Part shown: one piece after another, positions 53,861 through 64,000 of the stretch | Layout of the letters: every line of letters starts with the position of its first letter | Position numbering within the stretch: position 1 is the first letter of the stretch | Origin: the human T2T-CHM13v2.0 reference genome, Homo sapiens | Direction: 5' to 3' (one strand) | Length of the DNA: 64,000 nucleotides | Assembly (NCBI RefSeq): GCF_009914755.1 | Contig: NC_060947.1 | Notes under the pieces: generated by a model | Told to the model about the DNA's origin: nothing | The model's input: the letters and a program-made list of their open reading frames with translations, nothing else | Databases searched by the model: none | Program-made: the position numbers and the translations under genes

Positions 53861-54754
53861 TGATGGTTTCCAGCTTCATCCATGTCCCTGCAAAGGACAT
53901 GAATTCATCCTTTTTTATGACTACTTAGTATTCAATGGTGTATATGTGCCACATTTTCTTTATCCAGTCTATTATCCATGGACATTTGGGTTGGTTTCAA
54001 GTCTTTGCTATTGTGAACAGTGCTTCAAGAAACATACGTGTGCATGTGTCTTTATAGTAGAATGATTTATAATCCTTCGGATATATACCCAGTAATGGGA
54101 TTGCTGGGTCAAATGGTATTTCTGGTTCTAGATCCTTCAGGAATCAACACACTGTCTTCCACAATGCTTGAACTAATTTACACTCCCACCAACAGTGTAA
54201 AAGCATTCCTATTTCTCCACATCCTCTCCAGCATCTTTTGTTTCCTGACTTTTTAATGATCATCATTCTAACTGGCTTGAGATGGTATCTCATTGTGGTT
54301 TTGATTTGCATTTCTCTAATGACCAGTGATGATGAGATTTTTTTCATATTTCTTGGCCATATAAATGTCTTCTTTGGGAAATGTCTGTTCATATCCTTTG
54401 CCCACTTTTTGATGGGGTTGTTTTTTTCTGTAATTTTATTTAAGTTCTTTGTAGATTCTGGATATTAGCCCTTCGTCAGTTGGATAGATTGCAAAAATTT
54501 TCTCTCATTCTGTAGGTTGACTGTTCACTCTGATGATAGTTGCTTTTGCTGTGCAGAAGCTCTTTACTTTAATTAGATTCCATTTGTCAATTTTGGCTTT
54601 TGTTGCCATTGCTTTTGGTGTTTTAGTCATGAAGTCTTTGCCCATGTGTATATCCTGAATGATATTGCCCATGTTTTCTTCTAGGATTTTTATGGCTTTA
54701 GGTCTTACGTTTAAGTCTTTAATCCATCCTGAATTAATTTTTGTATAAGGTGTA
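53861..54754 (-). mobile_element. L1PA7-like internal ORF2 fragment
   Basis: ORF 54144-54392 ([16 protein letters not shown]...HCWWEC). No 3'UTR or poly(A). Confidence 0.92.
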
Positions 54755-54820
54755 TATGCAGTGCCTAAAATAACTGTGACTCTAGTCAACAGTGAAGGCA
54801 AGATAAAGGTATTTGATTTT

Positions 54821-55115
54821 GACTGGATGCAACAGCTCATGCCTATTAATTTCAGCATATCGCGAGGTTGAGGTGAAAGGATTGCTTGAGTCCAGGAGTT
54901 CCAGACAAAGCTGGGAAAAATAGCAAGACCCCACCTCCACAAAAAAAAAAAATTAAAAAATTAGCTGGACCTGGTGGCATGTGCCTGTACAGCTGCTCAG
55001 AAGGCTGAGGTGAACGCTGCAAATGGGCCCAGGAGGTCGAGGCTGCAGCGAGTCATGATTGTGCCACTGCACTTAATCCTGGGTCACAGAATGAGACCAT
55101 GTCTCAAAATTAAAA
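54821..55115 (+). mobile_element. AluJ-like SINE (diverged)
   Basis: 'aggattgcttgagtccaggagtt', 'gaggtcgaggctgcag', middle A-rich linker. Confidence 0.88.
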
Positions 55116-55426
55116 TATTTTATTTCACTCTTAATTTTATTCACTAAGAAGGAATAAAATCTTATTTACTTTGGTAAAATACTTATTTACCTAGCTTACT
55201 TTTCATAAGCATCAAAGCATCATTAGTGGTATATACACATATATAACATAATTATATAATATATAAACATTTTAGAAGTATACAGAATAAACATATATGC
55301 TGTATCTAAGATGCATTTTTTATTTTTATGCAATAAATTACATCATTATTTCTTTTTTGGATTAATGTCATATTTCATATCAAAATCCAAATACAAAAAT
55401 AAATGTAGTCATATTAGTATAAAAAT

Positions 55427-57086
55427 TATATTCCTTTGGGTATATACCCAGTAATAGGATTGCTGGGTCAAATGGTATTTCTGGTTCTAGATCCTTAAGG
55501 AATAGCCACACTGTCTTCCACAATGGTTGAACGAATTTACATTCCCACCATTCCTATTTTTGTGTGAAAGCATTCCTATGTTTTTCACAGCCTCGCCAGC
55601 ATCTACTGTTTCTTGACTTTTTAATAATCGCCATTGTGACTGGCATGACATGGCATCTCATTATGGTTTTGATTTGCATTTCTCTGATGATCAGTGATGT
55701 TGAGCTTTTTTTCATATGTTTGTTGGCCACGTAAATGGCTTCTTTTGAGAAGTGCCTGTTCATATCCTTTGCCCACTTTTTGATGAGTTTGTTTGTTTTT
55801 ATCTTGTAAATTTGCTTAAGTTCCTTGTAAATTCTGGATATTAGACCTTGTCAGATGGGTAGATTGCAAAAATGTTCTCCCATTCTTTAGGTTGCCTGTT
55901 CACTCTGATTATAGTTTTTTCTGCTGTGCAGAAGCTCTTTAGTTCAATTAGATCCCATTTGTCAACTTTGGCTTTTGTTACAATTGCTTTTGGCATTTTA
56001 GTCATGAAGTCTTTGCCCATGCCTATGTCCTGAATGGTATTGCCTAGCTTTTCTTCTAGGGTTTTTATGGTTTTGGGTTTTACATTTAAGTTTTTAATCC
56101 ATCTTGAGTTAATTTTTGTATATGGTGTAAGGAAGGGGTCCAGTTTCAGTTTTCTGCATATAACTATCCAGTTTTCCCAGCACCATTTACTGAATAGGAG
56201 ATCCTTTCCTCATTGCTTGTTTTTGTCAGGTTTGTTGAAGGTCTGATGGTTGCAGATATGTGGTGTTATTTCTGAGGTCTCTGTTCTGTTCCATTTGTCT
56301 ATATGCCTGTTTTGGTACCAGTATCATGCTGTTTTGGTTACTGTAGCCTTCTGGAATAGTTTGAAATCAGTTAGCATGACACCTCCAGCTTTGTTCTTTT
56401 TGCTTAGGATTGTTTTAGATATACAGGGTCTTCTTTGATTCCATATGAAATTTAAAATAGTTTTTTTTCTAATTCCGTGAAGAATGTCAATGGTAGTTTG
56501 ATGGGGATAGCACTGAATCTATAAATTACTTTGGGCAGTATGGCCATTTTCATGATATCAGTTCTTCCTATCCATGAAGATGCAATGTTTTACCATTTGT
56601 TTGTGTCCTCTCTTATTTCCTTTAGCAGTGCTTTGTAGTTTTCCTTGCACATGTATGTTTATTGCAGCATTATTTACAATAGCAAACATATGGAACCAAC
56701 CCAAATGCCCATCAATGATAGACTAGAAAAGAAAATGTGGTACATATACACCATGGAATACTATGCAGCCATAAAAAAGGAATGAGATAATGTCCTTTGC
56801 AGGGACATGGATGAAGCTGGAAGCCATCATCCTCAGTAAACTAACACAGGAACAGAAAACCAAACACTGAGCGTTCTCACTCATAAGTGAGAGTTGAAAA
56901 ATGAGAACACATGGATGCAGAGAGGGGAACAACGCACATCAAGGGCTGTTGGGGGGTGGTGGGTGATGGGAGGGAACTTAGAGGATGGGCCAACAGGTGC
57001 AGCAAACCACCATGGCACTCATATACCTATGTAACAAACCTGCATGTTCTGCACATATATCCCTTTTTAAAAAAATAAATAAAAAT
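55427..57086 (+). mobile_element. L1PA8-like element with inverted 5' segment (antisense 55427-56646, sense 56647-57086)
   Basis: Antisense ORF2 switches at 'ttccttgcacatgtatg' to a sense ORF2 end, 3'UTR and A-rich tail. Confidence 0.9.
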
Positions 57087-57096
57087 ATTATACTAA

Positions 57097-57310
57097 GTAA
57101 TAGCAAACATTTATTATGTTCCCTGTGTGCTAGGAAAAGTATATGCATATATACCCGTGCACACACACGTGTATATATTCAAATAAAAAATAATATATAA
57201 CTAAGCCTCACAAGAGTCTGAGTTAGTCATATTATTCTTCTATTGAAAATAAAGAAACAAAAGCCCACAGGTTTGATACTAAAATCTGTATATTTAATCC
57301 ACCACACTCT
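57097..57310 (-). mobile_element. MIR fragment
   Basis: 'taatagcaaacatttatt...tgtgctagg...cctcacaa...aaagaaacaaaagcccacagg'. Confidence 0.5.
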
Positions 57311-59699
57311 GTTTTCTCAACATAGTATATTGTAGAGAAAACGAAAGAATAGAGAAAGATAATATCTATGAACATTCTGGTGAATGTGAATCTTTTAGTA
57401 GGGATGAAAAGTTGCCCAGGAATAATCTGTAAAAGGAAACAAATATGTAAATAATGCAAGCATTCAAAAACTATCAGTTCTATCTAAAGAATAAATACCA
57501 GTTCAGCTTAAATGATAGTAATAATTGCAAATAATAAAATAACTTCTTTTAGACTTTTATCCTCCTAGTAGATCATTTGTTTTGAGTTAACCTTCATACT
57601 TGAGTTGAAGTTGTCATAACATGAACAAGTTCAGAATGTGCAGTTCTGTCTTTTTTTTTCCAGGGAGCATGCAAGTTACTCTTCTATATTTTAAAACTTC
57701 TACAAGATGTGTCATGAACTTAACCACTGCATAACAGTTGAGTAATATGCACTGGATAATGCAAGAGTCTTACAATAAGTAAAGACTAATGAAGAAGTAC
57801 AATGTAACTAATGTAGCTTCCAGTATAGACTGTTCACTATTGCAGTATAGTGCTACTGTCATGCTCTGGTTAATATGTGAACTGGGATAATGCATAACTT
57901 TTTAGGAAAGCTTGCAAATAAATAGCCAAATTAACATTCTACTCCTAATAATCTGTATTTTAACACATATGGTCTAATTTTAGTTTTATTGGCTTATTAG
58001 ATGCCAAGATATTGATTATTACTGGTTCTTTAAGGTAAAAAGCATTGTAAATTAAATATGCTAATAAAAGTGGCACCATTACATATATTCATGATAACCA
58101 GTCATACATTTAGAGATATTTAATTAGCTTTTGAATTCAAAGCATAAGCTGAAGAATAATTCATAGATTTTGAAAATGTATTTGATGATAGCAAACTATG
58201 CCATCTATTTTAAACTAGTATATATTTTATGTTTGTTCTGTATGCACACATGCATGTGTATGTTTTTGTGTATGTGCATACATATGGTTTTTTGAAAGGT
58301 ATGGTTTAAAAGAGAAGTGACAAAATCCCTCTCAACATTCTATATGTATTGAATCCCAGGAGTCATTCTATACTCACTGTCTGATAAGATTTGACAGTAC
58401 AAAATTCAGTTGCAAAGCTACATATAATGCAAGCAGTCTGCAGCATTGCACTATCTTGCTGGAGGCTAATCACTTTATAATGAGTTTAGTGAAAAGTACC
58501 TATGCAATAAGTCGTAGTTGACAGCAGCCCGAGGGAACCTCTAAGTGCTAAAAATTAGCAGCTGAGAGATGTTGGATAGCATCCTTTTGAAGACAGAAAA
58601 CAGATTCCTTTCTAAAATACAAGCAGTTTAAATTTGACATAAATCACACAGATGTTAAAATAAATATCTTGTTGCTATGGGCTTTATCGTGTTTTTCTTC
58701 TCACTGTTTTATGAAGCAAAATAAGAAAAAAAATCGGCCTTCTAGTGTTCTAGTTTGAGGAAACAATATCTTAACAGCAGAAAGAAATGATTTTTTTTCA
58801 CTGCAGTATTGTATATTTGACAGTTCATGAAAAATTTTACACCAAACTATATTTAAAGAAAATGGTGAACGTGCATTGAACAGTCAGCTTACTTTTAAAT
58901 GATTCGCTTTCATTGTGGATTTTGGATATTATATAATCAATCTAGACTGGAGAAATTGTAATAAAACACAATCACTACTATTTATAAGACTGTTGCAGAG
59001 CTGGGTTGCTATAAAGACCACTGTACATTAGAGGAAGAATAACTTTGGTTAGACCATACTGATACTATTGATGAGCATCGAAATCCATGCTAATTTTGCC
59101 TGCAAGAACGATGCAGCACAAGCCATAAAGAAAGAAGGTTATGACACTTCTTGCTAGGTAGAAATCTATAAAATAATATTTTAGCTTTCCAACCTGGCAG
59201 TAGAAAAGATGGATAACGAAACAGAAAAAAAAGATACATTTGATACACTGCCATGAAAGGCATTTGCATTTGACACAGTGCCATGAGAAACACTTCTAAA
59301 CTTCAGTATGTTTCCTTGAATCAAAGGGCATTCACTGATCAGGGCTTTAGAGGTCAAAATAATCAACAGTATGATAGTCATAATTGATAGATACAGTCTC
59401 TAAACTATTTTATGTTTCATTAGTAAGTACTTGAAGTGAAATGATGTATTAAGTATCATACAAAGTTTCACAAATGTGCCAGGTAGGAAAATGTAATTTT
59501 ATAGTATGATTTGAAAGACTAACCTACAGCTGCTAAAAAGGTTACTTGGACAAGAACACTATGTAGGGGTGAAAGCAGATAAGTCTTCACAGTGTCATTG
59601 TGATTTCAGTGGGGGTTGTAGGATACAGGTTAAATAAGCAAAGAGAACAGAGAAGAGAATTCCTGCAAAGCAGAAAAATATAATTGCGATTTTAACCAG

Positions 59700-60190
59700 A
59701 TTGTAGAGAACATTAAATTTGAAATGGAGGAATTACAGGTTTGTTTGGTAGGTGATTAGGGTCTACTGATGGATTTCAGCAGATGATAATGTCTACAAAA
59801 TGAAATTTTATGAAGATGTGTTGATCAGCAAATGGGGAAAGAGTAAATTAAGGCAAGGAAACTCGTTAAGAGACCTTGGCAACCACCTGAGGAAACAGTG
59901 ATGAGGGTTTGAACAAAGCTTGTAACAGGAACAATGAAAGGGATGGCTATTACAACAGAAAAAATGCACTACACGTGGTGATTGATGGGTTGGGAAAGAG
60001 AGAGGGGAGAATAACCATTTGTGATGAGTGGGGTAATGAATTTCATAAAGTCTATTTTAAGTTTCTCCAGAAAGAAAAGAATCAAGAATTATTTGAATAT
60101 TTAAGCCTGAGGACAAATAGAAAGATCAGTACATTGAAATAAATATGTCCAGAGGGGAAATTGATTTTGAAGAAACAGTTAAATTTATTA
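59700..60190 (-). mobile_element. L2 fragment
   Basis: 'aggcaaggaaactcgttaagag...gtgatgagggtttgaac' antisense L2 motif. Confidence 0.6.
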
Positions 60191-60446
60191 TATTTTCTAA
60201 GTATTATTATGCAGGTATTTTGTAAAATGCTGTTGGTATTGTGTTGATACTTTAAAAAAATTGAAAGTATTTCAGCCTATGGTTTATTATTTTATGTTAT
60301 TTATATATATATATATATATAAAACATTTGACAAATTGTTTTGTCATGTGGTATTATAATTAATGTAGCCACAACCTTGATTGCTAAGTCTGATCTTTAT
60401 AACTATTTAAAATTAGGAATAATACATAAATAAATATATACTATAC

Positions 60447-61030
60447 ACTTATATATAAAATTATATAAATATATACTTATATATAAAACTATATAAATAT
60501 ATACTTATATATAAAATTATATAAATATATACTTATATATAAAATTATATAAATATATACTTATAAAATTATATAAATATATACTTATAAAATTATATAA
60601 ATATATACTTATATATAAAATTATATTAATATATACTTATAAAATTATATAAATATATACTTATATATAAAATTATATAAATATATACTTGTATATAAAA
60701 TTATATAAATATATACTTGCATATAAAATTATATAAATATATACTTATATATAAAATTATATAAATATATACTTATAAAATTATATAAATATATACTTAT
60801 ATATAAAATTATATAAATATATACTTGTATATAAAATTATATAAATATATACTTGTATATAAAATTATATAAATATATACTGATATATAAAATTATATAA
60901 ATATATACTGATATATAAAATTATATAAATATATACTTATATATAAAATTATATAAATATATACTTATGTATAAAATTATATATATACTTATATATAATT
61001 ATATAAACATATAATTATATATAAGTATAT
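60447..61030. repeat. AT-rich minisatellite, 28-bp unit (ACTTATATATAAAATTATATAAATATAT), about 20 copies
   Basis: Direct tandem units with 24-bp (minus ATAT) and CTTG/CTGA variants. Confidence 0.95.
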
Positions 61031-62344
61031 CATATATGTTTTTTAAAAATAAATCAATAATGTTTATTGTCAAAATCTTGTATTATTAGGAACATCTCCT
61101 TAATGTCTGTCACTTAGTAAACCTGATCTACGCATGTTCTACTATAAAATGGAAACAAACCAAACCATAATGATTACAAACTGATGTAAAACAACATTTT
61201 TATATATCAAAATTATTTTTAAAATATCAACCTGAAGCAGTTACTGACAAAATAACATCAATGTAAAAAAAGAATTAAAATATATATCATAAGCCTTTTG
61301 CATGTTCTATTAATAATACGTTTTTATCAACAGGCAATACATATTCAAGTCAACATGCTTGGCATATTCATCTCCTGAGAACCATACATTCATGTTTCTA
61401 TTTGCTTCAACTTCTCGTTAGATATTTCAGGTCATGAGCAAACCATTAGAAATGCAGTAAGTATAATAAATGTTTTTATGTAAAATGTTTAAGCAGAGTT
61501 GTTCTCATTTAAAATAAAGTCAAAACATTATGGCACATTTTAGTTTGTCTTAGGTATGACATTTGCCGATATTTTTTCTACCCCATTTTATCAACTTGCT
61601 GCTTCTCTTTACCTCTACTCATGAATCAAAAACTTAATCTTAAGTGCCCTTATAGAAGTTTCAGTTTCCAAAAAGGATGCACCTTTTAGCTAAATGTTCT
61701 GACACTGTTTTTCTCTAAAACCAGCCTTTCAATAATGGTCTTATTTTGTTTTAAAGGTGAAGAAGCAACTATATCATGTCTTCAATAGAAAATGCACGTC
61801 TATTCCTTGATAGAGGTTCTATCCTATACCTATTTCCAATCTTTTCTTAACAAAACCTGCTCTCACTAAAGAATCAGATCAAAGAAAGGATCAATGAAAT
61901 GGAAAGGTGATTCTTTTAAAGGAAAAACAAACTTGGCAGTCCACTAGCTAGATTAAACAAGAAAAAAGGGAAAAGATTCAAATAAGCATAATCAGATGTG
62001 ATAAATGTGATGTTCTAACTAATAATACAGAAATACAAAAGATCATCAGAGACTAATAGGAACACCTTTATATACACAAACTAGAAAACCTAGAGGAAAT
62101 GGATACATTCCTGGAAACATACAACCTCCCAAGACTGAACTAGAAAGAAATAGAAATCTGGAACAGACCAGTAATAACTAATGACATTGAATTTGTAGTA
62201 AAAAATCTTCCAACAGAAAAAGCTTAGGACCAAACAGACTTATAGCTGACTTTTGTCAGATGTACAACAAATAGCTGATACCAATCTTACTGAAACTATT
62301 CTAAAAAATCAAGGAGGAAGTATCTCATTCTATGAATCCAGTAT

Positions 62345-62907
62345 TTTTTCCTGTTGTAATGCCTACAGGACATAGCTGAATGTCTACCATGTCCTAATCC
62401 TGCATATCTTCAAGAAGCAGAACATCTGTGATAAAAGGTTCCTTTTGTAACCTGACCAACTGAGACTGATTAGAGCCAAGATAGTCAACCAAAAAACTTC
62501 AAAAGGACCCCAGGTTTCATTATAATCTTATTTCATGCTAAATGAAGCTCCCACCAGCGCCAGAAAAATTGACAATGTTCATGACAATGGCTAGAAGAAG
62601 CCATAAAAGAACAAGACAGAAGAGAGCATTCCTATTCTGGGAAGTTCACTGCCCATTTGCAGAAAAGACATGAATATTGCTCTGCTCGCTTTTAATGTCC
62701 AATCTATTCATTACAGAAACCTTATATTTTAACCACGTCACCTCTTGTCAAAAAGTTGATTTGTGAGCCATGCTCCCACTTTTCAATTCCATGGACATTG
62801 AATAAAGCATGCACTGCTTGACACTCACTTTTGGTTTTGTGTATTGGCTTTGTGACACCAAACAGGGAAAGACCCCAGCATTTGGGGGACTGGCTTTTTC
62901 AATAACA
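62345..62907 (+). mobile_element. ERV1 solo LTR (MER66/MER41 group)
   Basis: 'cattataatc...atgctaaatg...ctcccaccagcgcc', AATAAA at about 62802, 3' end 'aataaca', and 4-bp TSD GTAT (62341-62344 / 62908-62911). Confidence 0.75.
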
Positions 62908-63290
62908 GTATCATCCAGGTACCAAAAATCAGGCAAAGATGGAACAAAAAGAAGAAAACTACAGGCTGATATCACTGATGATCATGCATGTAAAAATCTT
63001 CCACAAAATGCTAAAACTAAATTCAATAGCGCATCAAAAAGATAATTCATAATGATCAAGTGGGCTTTATTCTAGGGATGCAAGTATAGTGTAACATATG
63101 AAAATCAGTAAATGTTATTCACCATCATATAAGCAGAACCAAGAACAAAAGTCATCTGATCATCTCGATAGATGCAGAAAAAACATTTAATAAAGTCCAA
63201 CATCCCGTCATGGTATAAACACTACACAAACTAGGAATCAAAGGAAAATACATCAAAATAATAAACCATATATAAAATACCCACAGCCCC

Positions 63291-63601
<311 letters not shown>

Positions 63602-64000
63602 CTAATATCATACTGAATGGGCAAAAGTTGAAAGTATTTCCCCTAAGAACTAGAAAAAGACAAGGGTATTCATTCTCACTACTCCTATTCAACATAGTAT
63701 TGGAAGTCCTAGCCAGAGCAATCAGGCAACAAAAAGAAGTAAAAGGCATCCAAATTGAAAAAGAGGATGTCAAATTATCTCTGTTCACTGATAACATGAT
63801 TGTATACCTAGAAAACTCTAAAGATTTATCCAAAAGGCACCTAGATTTATAAAGAGCTTTAGTAAATCTCATGATACAAAATTGACATACAAAAATTAGT
63901 GGCATTTCTGTATACCAATAACGTTCAAACTGAGAACCAAGTCAAAATCTCAGTCCCGTTTACAGTAGCCACGCACATGCATACATAAATACCTAGGAAT

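Noticed and set aside
60447-61030. CRISPR-like array
   Set aside because: Units are contiguous with no unique spacers, there are no cas genes and the context is eukaryotic.

Overview
CpG-depleted, AT-rich primate (human-like) genomic DNA with no recognisable protein-coding gene, RNA gene, CRISPR array or prokaryotic system. The window is dominated by interspersed repeats. By hand tally about 40% is LINE-1: two near-full-length decayed elements (L1PA11-13-like at 15.7-21.8 kb, L1MA-like at 34.2-42.4 kb) plus many truncated or inverted pieces. There are also about 10 Alus, about 9 solo LTRs (MaLR, ERVL, ERV1), DNA-transposon relics (Tigger2/MER8, Tigger7/MER44, MADE1), L2/MIR fragments, microsatellites and a 28-bp AT-rich minisatellite. 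Most listed ORFs are repeat-derived or chance ORFs. I found no evidence for a new biological system. The findings are retrotransposition and rearrangement mechanisms (nested insertions with TSDs, twin-priming inversions, a tandem L1 3' end), a cruciform-capable palindrome, a local L2 duplication and a few weak non-coding or exon candidates. Subfamily names come from remembered consensus motifs and need RepeatMasker/Dfam confirmation. Old-repeat boundaries are approximate.
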